A stretch of DNA of 64,000 nt, taken from Candidatus Magasanikiibacteriota bacterium (GTDB lineage Bacteria > Patescibacteriota > Patescibacteriia > Magasanikbacterales > UBA922). The stretch lies in contig JBAYJP010000002.1 of assembly GCA_041665025.1 (NCBI GenBank), positions 691 through 64,690 of the forward strand, read 5' to 3'. The stretch's first letter is position 1; the number at the start of each line of letters is the position of its first letter. The notes under the pieces are model-generated. The model was not told the DNA's origin. It saw only the letters and a list, made by a program, of their open reading frames with translations, and made no database searches. The position numbers and the translations under genes are program-made. Positions 19,115-27,622 of the stretch are shown piece after piece.

Positions 19115-20638
19115 ATGAAAATAATCAATTGGATCAAAAAACATTCCTTGTTTATTGTAATTCTTGTATGTTCATTGGGTTTACACATATTGTCTCTCCT
19201 CAATAGAGGAGATTTTTCATTTGATGAAACATTCAGTACATATTTTAGTTCTCTACCATGGATAGAATCCCTAAAATATTGGACAATTGAAACCAACCCG
19301 CCACTCCACATGTTATTGCTTAGATTATGGATCATACTATGGGGGAACAACGAGATAGCTATACGCTTTCTCTCTACGATCTTTAATCTACTGTCATTGG
19401 GGTCACTCTACTACCTCGTACATAAGTGGTATTCAAAAAATCATGCCCTACTCGCTGTGGCAATAATGAGCCTTTCAGATTATTTTATTGTACTTGGAAC
19501 TGAAGCCCGGACATACAGTCTATTAAGTTTTCTTACTATCTTTTCTTGCATCTATTTTCTAAAAATAACACAGGAAAACAATATATCCAACGTAACAATT
19601 CTTACTTATAGCATAATACAACTGCTCCTATTATATTCCCACCTGACCTCACTGCTGATTATAATTTTACAAATTCTTATAACCATCCTTATATACAAAG
19701 AGAAAGAAAAAACAAAAAAAATCATACAAGCAAATCTGTGGCCATTCTTGCTATTTCTTGTCTGGCTCATACCATCTATTATAGCCAAACTAAGTTCATC
19801 AGCCTCAACCGGTTGGTTTTTCAATGAGTCAAAAAGTGGAAGAAATCTTATGTACGTAGTAGCCGATTTATTTGTGTACGAACCACAAAATATTATTATG
19901 TTTCTAATTGTCATGGGTTTTATTGGGGTATGTGTATATAATATGTCAGCTCTTAGACACCTAGAAAAAACAAAAAAAAATATTCATACGATAATTATTT
20001 TGTGGGCCCTCACCCCAATGATTGCTGCCAGCTTGCTTGGGATACACCTCCCTAAATATATTACTTTTTCATTACCTGCGATTTCGATTTTGTTTGCTTT
20101 TTCAATTATTTCAATACCTGACAAAAAACTAAAAATCAGCGCCATAATAATATTCATATCTCTTTTATTGCCATATACATACGCCAGTGCTATTACACCC
20201 CTTAAATCATATCGCCAAATACTATCTTATATTGAAAAAAATAAGACAGAGCATAGCATGATTATGACAGTGCCTTTTAATCAAATTATGGAAATAAAAA
20301 GATATTATACAGGCACGATACCACTCGTGGGGGTCTATCCACGAGATGATGATTTCTCATTTGAAGAACGTACCGCAAAATTCAATTGGCAAGAAATTTC
20401 TATTACTCAAAAAGTACTCGATACCTACATGGAAGAAAAGACCAAGGATACGGATACTATCTTTTTTATTCAATATGCACCAAACCTCCTAGAACCACCC
20501 GTTCCAAAATGGTTTATCACACATGGGTGGAAGTTAACGGCATGTCTTAAACCTCAACTACGAAATAATGCATATGTTTTCATGTTTCAAGCCCCAAACT
20601 ATCAGACATCTACTTCAACAGTCACACAAGTTAATTGA
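19115..20638 (+). CDS. GT-C fold glycosyltransferase (PMT/ArnT-like)
   Basis: FSFDETFS, NPPLH.LLL..W..L.G..E...R, EARTY; multiple TMs. Confidence 0.85.
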   Translation: MKIINWIKKHSLFIVILVCSLGLHILSLLNRGDFSFDETFSTYFSSLPWIESLKYWTIETNPPLHMLLLRLWIILWGNNEIAIRFLSTIFNLLSLGSLYYLVHKWYSKNHALLAVAIMSLSDYFIVLGTEARTYSLLSFLTIFSCIYFLKITQENNISNVTILTYSIIQLLLLYSHLTSLLIIILQILITILIYKEKEKTKKIIQANLWPFLLFLVWLIPSIIAKLSSSASTGWFFNESKSGRNLMYVVADLFVYEPQNIIMFLIVMGFIGVCVYNMSALRHLEKTKKNIHTIIILWALTPMIAASLLGIHLPKYITFSLPAISILFAFSIISIPDKKLKISAIIIFISLLLPYTYASAITPLKSYRQILSYIEKNKTEHSMIMTVPFNQIMEIKRYYTGTIPLVGVYPRDDDFSFEERTAKFNWQEISITQKVLDTYMEEKTKDTDTIFFIQYAPNLLEPPVPKWFITHGWKLTACLKPQLRNNAYVFMFQAPNYQTSTSTVTQVN

Positions 20639-21467
20639 CCCTCTTGATGCTGAACTGTTAATCGCACACGTGATACAAAAACCGCGGGAATTTGTTGTTG
20701 CGCATCCAAATTTTATGATTAGAAGATTAAGAGATTGGAAGATTGGAAGATTATTTAAAAAACGAGCACATGGTGTCCCACTTGCATATGTAACAGGGCA
20801 TAAAGAATTTTTTGGATTGGACTTTGTGATAAATAAACATGTATTGATACCCCGACCGGAGACGGAGATGATTGTCTCTCTGGCGCTTGAAAAATTGAAG
20901 ATTCAAGATTCAAGATTGAAGACTATTTTGACTGATGTGGGAACGGGGTCTGGCTGTATTCCTATTTCTGTCACTTCAACACTCAAGCACTTCAACACTC
21001 AAGCACTAACCGTCTGTGCAACGGACATTTCCAAATCTGCACTTAAAGTTGCGAAACAAAACGCACAAAAATATAATGTTAATATTACATTTCTACACGG
21101 AAATCTTTTGGAACCCGCGATTAAAAGATTAAAAATTAAAGACTCGAGATTGATTATAACGGCGAATTTACCATACTTAACTTTAGAACAATTTCAAAAT
21201 GAGCACTCAATCCAACACGAACCTAAACGAGCACTCGTGGCAGACAACAACGGACTTGGCTTATATGAACAACTCCTCAAACAGATCCGATTATTAGTTA
21301 CTAATTACCAATTACTAGTTACGTGTCTCTTCGAAATCGATCCGCGCCAATCTCCTCAAATCTCTGGACTTATCAAAAAATATTTACCAGATTCAACATT
21401 TGAAATAAAAAAAGACCTCGCCGGGCATGATCGAGTCGTCTGTATAACTATCCACAGCGTTTCTTGA
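20568..21467 (+). CDS. prmC: Release factor glutamine methyltransferase with in-frame repeat tracts
   Basis: PLAYVTG..EFFG, VLIPRPETE, DVGTGSGCI, ANLPY, DLAGHDR. The start is uncertain because it overlaps the upstream gene. Confidence 0.93.
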   Translation: MHMFSCFKPQTIRHLLQQSHKLIDPLDAELLIAHVIQKPREFVVAHPNFMIRRLRDWKIGRLFKKRAHGVPLAYVTGHKEFFGLDFVINKHVLIPRPETEMIVSLALEKLKIQDSRLKTILTDVGTGSGCIPISVTSTLKHFNTQALTVCATDISKSALKVAKQNAQKYNVNITFLHGNLLEPAIKRLKIKDSRLIITANLPYLTLEQFQNEHSIQHEPKRALVADNNGLGLYEQLLKQIRLLVTNYQLLVTCLFEIDPRQSPQISGLIKKYLPDSTFEIKKDLAGHDRVVCITIHSVS

Positions 21468-21646
21468 CTCAAATTCAAGAGCGTGGCATAGTAAATTCAT
21501 TATGAAACTTTGGAATGTACAATTTGTTTCTTCTAGCTCATCAGACCTGCCCAAGGTCAGATGAGCTTTATGTTGTTGAATAACAAAAACATAACGCGCA
21601 GCTGGCCTAAGTGGGCCAGTTTTTGTTCACCCACAGGAGGATAACC

Positions 21647-21982
21647 GTGAGATATCGTGGCACTATGGGAGCGTTCATCCCGGTCGAAGAAGTCGCGAGA
21701 GCATTCCGCAAGCATGGATGGGAAGTTACCATCGACGAGGACAAGATCGTCTTCACCAAGGACGGCAGAAGCGGTTGGCATCGTTACACCACAGACGGCG
21801 GATGCAAGAAGGAGGACAGACGAATCAACTGCCCCTGCTACCCCACCATCAATCCGCCACAGCCTGGTGACACATGGGCGCAGGAAAGATTCGACATCTA
21901 CGAAGAGCTCGAGTTGATCCAAAAAGAAGCAAACCCACACTTCACGCCTGGGCGCCGCGGGTTCGACGGCCCAATCTGCTGA
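21647..21982 (+). CDS. Hypothetical protein, GC-rich
   Basis: AGGAGG SD followed by a GTG start. Confidence 0.6.
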   Translation: MRYRGTMGAFIPVEEVARAFRKHGWEVTIDEDKIVFTKDGRSGWHRYTTDGGCKKEDRRINCPCYPTINPPQPGDTWAQERFDIYEELELIQKEANPHFTPGRRGFDGPIC

Positions 21983-21993
21983 TGGAGGGCAAC

Positions 21994-22302
21994 ATGCCGC
22001 GAGACATCCTTGACATCGCCCGTCAAGCAGTTGTAGTCGATGCAACGGCCACTACTCCAGACGACCTCATTTTGACTCTTCAGTACTGGTGGACGGATGG
22101 AGCAGAAAGCCTCGGACTGCCCGTCAGAAAGTTCACCGAAGACATTCCACCCAACATCAAGGTCGGCATGAAGCTGGGGACCCTTATCAGAGTAGATGAC
22201 GAGGGGTACGTACTCATCGGGCTCATCACTGAACTCGATAAACACAACACTGAAGTCGTCACTACTATTGCTTTGGTCCCCACCAACGAACTCACTCTCT
22301 AG
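21994..22302 (+). CDS. Hypothetical protein, GC-rich
   Basis: GGAGG SD before MPRDIL; follows the previous ORF in the same orientation. Confidence 0.6.
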   Translation: MPRDILDIARQAVVVDATATTPDDLILTLQYWWTDGAESLGLPVRKFTEDIPPNIKVGMKLGTLIRVDDEGYVLIGLITELDKHNTEVVTTIALVPTNELTL

Positions 22303-22466
22303 CCTACTTTCACCCGCTGCCGAGTTGCCGGACTCGTTCAAAATCCGGCACACATACAATGCGCGTATTGTACAAAACAAACACCAGCCTATAGAGCTGG
22401 TTTTGTTTTTTATCCAAGTAGTAGTCAATATGATAATGTAGCAATTCTCAAAAATTTCTCCAATTT

Positions 22467-23618
22467 CTAATTACTTGTTTCCACTTTCCCCAATTGATTC
22501 ACCACTTCAACCCACGTCTTCCCTGGCTTATATATCATCTCATGAAAATCCACATCACGGAGTTGTAATTTTTCTTCCTTACTCCCCTTATACCATTGCG
22601 CGGGAATCTGATATCCATCACGAAATACAACAGCCTCGCCTTCGCCAATAGTCTCCATATCTATCCTCCCTATGCTGTCCAATACTTTTGTTTTTACATA
22701 TATGACGACAACATTGTCCGCTGTGATGAGAGTTCCATCCTGGTCAGCATGTGGCATACCAGATTGGTATCGTTCATATTTGTCAGTTGAAGAATTAAAT
22801 TTCCACGTTGCTTCATACGTCGGCGGCAAAAATGATACGGTAAATTCACTCACACAATCTGTTGTACATTTCTCACGTTCTTCAAATTTCCAAACAGTAC
22901 TCGTCACATCTAGTTTCTGGTTTCCTAGCCCAACTTCCCCATAATCTTCCCAGCCTTTGTTCCATAATTCAGACGACGTATACACATTATGTGGCGCATA
23001 CCTGTCTTGAGACCGCCAAAAATATCCGCCTTTATAAAATTCATTAAAATCAAATATGCCATATTCATCGATGACTTCAAGCGCATCAGGAGATCCGCCA
23101 CAATGCATATACATAATATTGTCATGTTCAGAGACCCAATCCAAATAATATGGGCGTGCGCTTCGAACGGGACCGACTTTGGACAGTACGGGCAGGTCTC
23201 GACCTGCCCCTTCGGCCCCAACAGGATAAATCGCCATAAATCTCGTATAATTTGACTCAACCGGCGCCTCATACACAATGGACGCTTGCGACAAACCAGA
23301 TTGTGGCCGTGCGTCTGGATGATTTTCTATCATGACCGCAACTAATTTTGGATTTACCTTATCTTGCGAATCTACGCATACGCCGTCTAACATTCTCTGA
23401 AATTTGCACGCCTTATTCTCTGCCCCGGCTTGTACGGGCAGGTCTAGGCCTGCCCCTTCATTGCCAATGCCTGAAACACGATTTTTAAAAACCCCATATC
23501 CAAAAAACCCTGCCAACCCAATCGCCACCACACACACAATGCCTGCCAATATATACAAATATTTAACCTCATCTATACCAAAATTATTTTTAATATATCC
23601 AAAAATTTTTTCTTTCAT
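22467..23618 (-). CDS. DUF3048 (YerB-like) membrane-anchored protein
   Basis: AVMIENHPDARPQSGL..A.IVYE..VE...TR, GPVRSARPYY, APHNVY, PGKTW. Confidence 0.9.
   Translation of the reverse strand: MKEKIFGYIKNNFGIDEVKYLYILAGIVCVVAIGLAGFFGYGVFKNRVSGIGNEGAGLDLPVQAGAENKACKFQRMLDGVCVDSQDKVNPKLVAVMIENHPDARPQSGLSQASIVYEAPVESNYTRFMAIYPVGAEGAGRDLPVLSKVGPVRSARPYYLDWVSEHDNIMYMHCGGSPDALEVIDEYGIFDFNEFYKGGYFWRSQDRYAPHNVYTSSELWNKGWEDYGEVGLGNQKLDVTSTVWKFEEREKCTTDCVSEFTVSFLPPTYEATWKFNSSTDKYERYQSGMPHADQDGTLITADNVVVIYVKTKVLDSIGRIDMETIGEGEAVVFRDGYQIPAQWYKGSKEEKLQLRDVDFHEMIYKPGKTWVEVVNQLGKVETSN
23186..23211. repeat. REP-like palindrome in frame in the DUF3048 gene
   Basis: GTACGGGCAGGTCTCGACCTGCCCCT. Confidence 0.8.
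23432..23457. repeat. REP-like palindrome in frame in the DUF3048 gene, second copy
   Basis: GTACGGGCAGGTCTAGGCCTGCCCCT. Confidence 0.8.
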
Positions 23619-23726
23619 ATGCGTATATAATACTCGAAACATCTAAAATAATCAATCATTACCAAAACAAATACCAGCCCTCTCGGCTGGTATTTTTTAT
23701 CTCTATATATCTCAATTCATCTCCAT

Positions 23727-24431
23727 TTATTTCTTCTCTGCTGGCTTTTTATCTCCTGCTGCTTTGTCAGCACCTTCTGCTGCTCCTTCTTCACCCTCTT
23801 CTTCTTTCTTCTTCTCTACTACTTCAACAGCTTCGACGCCCTTCTGTCCTTCTTCTTCCATAGCCTTAATCTGTTCTTCAGTCAACGGAGGACTTACTTT
23901 GGCAACGGTCAAATCTGCAGGATCAGTTGATACAATACCTGCTGGTAATACGAGATCACGAACGTAAATAACATCATCAAATGTCTTAAGAACGCTCAAA
24001 TCAATAGATACGCTCGATACCAAATCTTTTGGCAAACATTTAATATTAAGTTCACTGTGCGCTTTGACAAGCGTACCGCCAAGTTCTTTGACTGCAGGAG
24101 CTTCGCCAACAAATTCAAGTTCCAGAGCAGCTTCCATTTCCTTATTCATATTGATTTGGCGGAAATCAACATGGATAATTTTATTTTTTACTGGATCATA
24201 TTGAACATCCTGAACCAAGACTTTCGTAACTGCCTTTTCCCCTTCTACGGTGCAGTCAATAAGGCTTGATTCGCCAGCTTCATTATACAATTTTTCAAAT
24301 TGAATAGCTGGAATCATGACTGACTCGGATTTTCGGTCAGCACCGTATACAATTGCCGGGATAAATCCCTGGGCACGTATAGCTTGTGCCTCATTTGAAT
24401 TTCTTTTTTGAAGTGTTATAGAAAATGTCAT
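23727..24431 (-). CDS. rplY: 50S ribosomal protein L25/CTC
   Basis: IPAIVYG..VQYDPV..IIHVDF plus the CTC C-terminal domain. Confidence 0.96.
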   Translation of the reverse strand: MTFSITLQKRNSNEAQAIRAQGFIPAIVYGADRKSESVMIPAIQFEKLYNEAGESSLIDCTVEGEKAVTKVLVQDVQYDPVKNKIIHVDFRQINMNKEMEAALELEFVGEAPAVKELGGTLVKAHSELNIKCLPKDLVSSVSIDLSVLKTFDDVIYVRDLVLPAGIVSTDPADLTVAKVSPPLTEEQIKAMEEEGQKGVEAVEVVEKKKEEEGEEGAAEGADKAAGDKKPAEKK

Positions 24432-24445
24432 ACAAACCGCGTTAA

Positions 24446-24802
24446 TTAAATCTTTGATAAAATATATTGATTAAATTTGTTTTTTTCCAAAATAATATGA
24501 TAGAGACCAAATAGATCATCTTCGGATAATGCAGACTTGCCACGCATCCGATTCATATCTTCGTAGGTAAGGTCGCTCAACAGTCCAACCAAACCAACAC
24601 CTATATCGGTCATACCAAGCAACACCACAAGCGCGTGTTTACATGATGAGCAGGTAATATGAAACACATGTGCTTTTGCTTGATTTTCAATGGTCTTGAT
24701 GCCGCTTGTCTCAAATGTGGTATTACACAAAGGACACTGCTTCATGACACCAAACTGGGTCTGCAGCGAATCAAAAGACAAGGGTAATGATGATAGGGAC
24801 AT
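24446..24802 (-). CDS. Hypothetical Zn-ribbon protein
   Basis: CPLC ... HITCSSC. Confidence 0.7.
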   Translation of the reverse strand: MSLSSLPLSFDSLQTQFGVMKQCPLCNTTFETSGIKTIENQAKAHVFHITCSSCKHALVVLLGMTDIGVGLVGLLSDLTYEDMNRMRGKSALSEDDLFGLYHIILEKNKFNQYILSKI

Positions 24803-24856
24803 ATATAAGCGGGGATACTATAGCAAAGGAATGTCTTTTAGTCAAGACAAATACCC

Positions 24857-25954
24857 TTAGGACGAACGAGCGGCACTTTGGGCAATTCCAATAAGCAAAA
24901 AATTCATAATAAGAGATGACCCTCCATAGCTTAGAAAGGGTAGGGTAACACCAGTTACCGGCAACAATCCCAGGGCGGCCCCCATGTTCACGACAATTTG
25001 AAAAAAGAATACAAATGCAATGCCAACGACAACATAACTACAAAAATCACTCCGAGAATGCTCGGCAATACGCACAATTCTCCAGACAAGTATGCTAAAC
25101 AACGTAAGTACTATGGCAGAACCTACAAATCCAAGCTCTTCGCCAATAACTGAAAAAATAAAGTCAGTTTGAGCTTCAGGTAAAAAATGAAGCTGGCTTT
25201 GTGAACCAAATCCCAGTCCCCTTCCTCGTAATTGTCCAGCTCCGATTGCAATAATTGACTGCGTCACATTATATCCAGAACCGAGTGGATCCCGCTCTGG
25301 ATTGATGAACGTAAGTACGCGTTCTTTTTGATAATCTTTGAATAAAAAAACCCAACCAATAGCGGCAACGGCAAGAGCTGCTACCACAATACCAATAATA
25401 TAGCGTCGTTTTGTGCCAACAACCAAAAGCAGACCAAACCAAGTAAACAACAATATTGATGAAGATCCCAAATCCGGCTGAAGCAAAATAAGACCAACCA
25501 ATATAAGTGTCATGACAAATGTTGCAACAACAAATTGCCATTTTTCAAAACGCCTGCCTTGCCGCTCTATACGCCATGCGAGAAACAAGACGAGAGCAAC
25601 TTTTGCAAATTCTGCTGGCTGGAATGAAAAACCAAACAAACGAAACCAGCCTGTCGTACCGCGCACCGTGACGCCAAACAACAACACTGAGATGAGCAAT
25701 ATCAGAGAAGCGAGGTATGCAAAACGAGCAGTTGATTCATAAAAGGATATGTGAAATTGAAATGCGACAAAACAAATTGCAATTCCCAAACATAACGCAA
25801 TAATTTGTGATGATGAAAAATTTAGTTCTTCCCCGCGTGACAAATCCACACTATAAATAGCCGCAAGTCCAACTAAAGAAAGAACAAGTGCTGTGAGGAA
25901 CAGCACCCAATCAAATTTTCTCCATGTTCCGCTCGCAAAAGAAAAACGTAACAT
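24857..25954 (-). CDS. rodA: Rod shape-determining protein RodA (SEDS family)
   Basis: FQPAEFAK, LQPDLG, YQKERV..F..P..DPLGSGY, LPEAQTDFIF, LPFLSYGGSS. Confidence 0.92.
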   Translation of the reverse strand: MLRFSFASGTWRKFDWVLFLTALVLSLVGLAAIYSVDLSRGEELNFSSSQIIALCLGIAICFVAFQFHISFYESTARFAYLASLILLISVLLFGVTVRGTTGWFRLFGFSFQPAEFAKVALVLFLAWRIERQGRRFEKWQFVVATFVMTLILVGLILLQPDLGSSSILLFTWFGLLLVVGTKRRYIIGIVVAALAVAAIGWVFLFKDYQKERVLTFINPERDPLGSGYNVTQSIIAIGAGQLRGRGLGFGSQSQLHFLPEAQTDFIFSVIGEELGFVGSAIVLTLFSILVWRIVRIAEHSRSDFCSYVVVGIAFVFFFQIVVNMGAALGLLPVTGVTLPFLSYGGSSLIMNFLLIGIAQSAARSS

Positions 25955-26070
25955 ACACTTCACGTGACACGAAGCACGCATCACGTAACATATCAATTAA
26001 CAAATTACACTATATAACTTTTCCCGCCACAGCGGGATCCCGCTCGCTGCGGGACAACTTTACAGCTTCG

Positions 26071-26976
26071 TCAACGTAATGGCATGTACGCATTTTTATC
26101 AAACACATTTACCAAGGGCTCTATTTTCACTACATCTACAGTTATCTCATCAGATAAAGACGCAAGAGAAATAGTCCTCTTCTCTCCTGCTCTAAATTGA
26201 TTTACGCGCAATAACGCAACACCGGTCATTTCTCCATTTTCGTCATAATACAAGACATTAAAATCTCCATCCCAATAACTAAACAATGAATCATTACTTA
26301 TGTCAAATGTTATCAGATGCGTACTACGTCCATCTTTGCCCGTCGCGGGCAGAAATGTTGGTTCGCCAACTGAAAACTGCAAGCGTTGTGCGATAAATTT
26401 GAGTGGCTCTGGCACGCCATGCGGATTTAAGCGCGTCCATTTTGTATCAACCAAATCAAATTGTGCAGAAGAAGGCGGGCGAGGAGATGTCTGCCCATAC
26501 GCAACAATATATCTCGTCTGCCCGGGCAAAAGCGTTGTTTCGAGCGTCTCAGTTTGCCCTCCGCCATAATTAAAACGATACGATGGTTTGGCAACCCAAT
26601 CCTCATTGGGGTTTGTCGCTTCAATCACAAAATCATATTTATCTTTTGCACTATTAAATACGTGTTGATTTCGTACAATCAAATCCTTAGGCTGTTGCAA
26701 CGCATGAACATTTTCATAGTTAATCTGTTCACTCACAAGCTGGGTGCGCAACTGTTCGTCTTTTGTATAATCAAATAATAAATATTTACCCCATACAAAT
26801 AACCCGATGCCAATCGTAATAACGCTCCATACACTAAGCACAGCAATAAACAACTTGCGCAATACTATCTTATGCTCGACATACCACGTGGCGAATTTTA
26901 ATGTCTTATTGCTAAATTCACCTGTTGGGTCTTGGTAGCGTTCAAATGGAGATTTGGTAGATGGTTTGAGAGGCAT
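26071..26976 (-). CDS. Hypothetical single-TM protein with a beta-rich extracellular part
   Basis: 301-aa ORF with one N-terminal TM. Confidence 0.75.
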   Translation of the reverse strand: MPLKPSTKSPFERYQDPTGEFSNKTLKFATWYVEHKIVLRKLFIAVLSVWSVITIGIGLFVWGKYLLFDYTKDEQLRTQLVSEQINYENVHALQQPKDLIVRNQHVFNSAKDKYDFVIEATNPNEDWVAKPSYRFNYGGGQTETLETTLLPGQTRYIVAYGQTSPRPPSSAQFDLVDTKWTRLNPHGVPEPLKFIAQRLQFSVGEPTFLPATGKDGRSTHLITFDISNDSLFSYWDGDFNVLYYDENGEMTGVALLRVNQFRAGEKRTISLASLSDEITVDVVKIEPLVNVFDKNAYMPLR

Positions 26977-27162
26977 ACGTTGTCTAAGTAGCTAAGTTAA
27001 CTAAGTTTTCTAGGCTGGCTAAGTTATAAAACTACTTAAGTGCTACAGTGCTTAAGTGATACCAGTATACCAAAAAAAATAGTAACAGAACATACCTTGA
27101 AATGGATAGACAAAGATGTTTTAATTACAATATCCAAAATACCCCGCAAAGAGGAGGTCGGG

Positions 27163-27399
27163 ATGATAGGAGTAATTGGACGAGGATATGGAGTGTACGG
27201 ACTACCACCTTCGAAAAAGGTGGCTACAGACCCAGCGGCCCCAACCCCGGGGGCACTTCTTCGCACCTATTGTGGTCAATGGTGTAGAGAAGATGAGCAC
27301 TTTTTTTGGAACTGCACAAATCCGGATTGCGGGAAGATTCTCATACCCGCATCGGAGTTTTTTTGCCGGTGCCGTGTGTGTACACGACCGGCAAGATAG
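27163..27399 (+). CDS. Small Cys-rich (Zn-finger-like) hypothetical protein, GC-rich
   Basis: GAGGAGG SD before MIGVIG; CGQWC, CTNPDC, CRCRVC. Confidence 0.55.
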   Translation: MIGVIGRGYGVYGLPPSKKVATDPAAPTPGALLRTYCGQWCREDEHFFWNCTNPDCGKILIPASEFFCRCRVCTRPAR

Positions 27400-27622
27400 A
27401 GGATGGTGGACGACCCCGCTCGATCCACCTACTGTATGTTTAATTTCTTAAATATATAGTAGGGAGACTATTCGAGCGGGGTTTTGTTGTTTTATAGATC
27501 GGTTGTTGATTTGTACCCACACATATGGTAAAATAAAGTCGTTAAAAAAGGAAAAAATTCTTATTTGAAATTTTATTAGGTGAATTAGGTGAATTGTAAT
27601 TTTGTCATTTTTTCAATATTGT

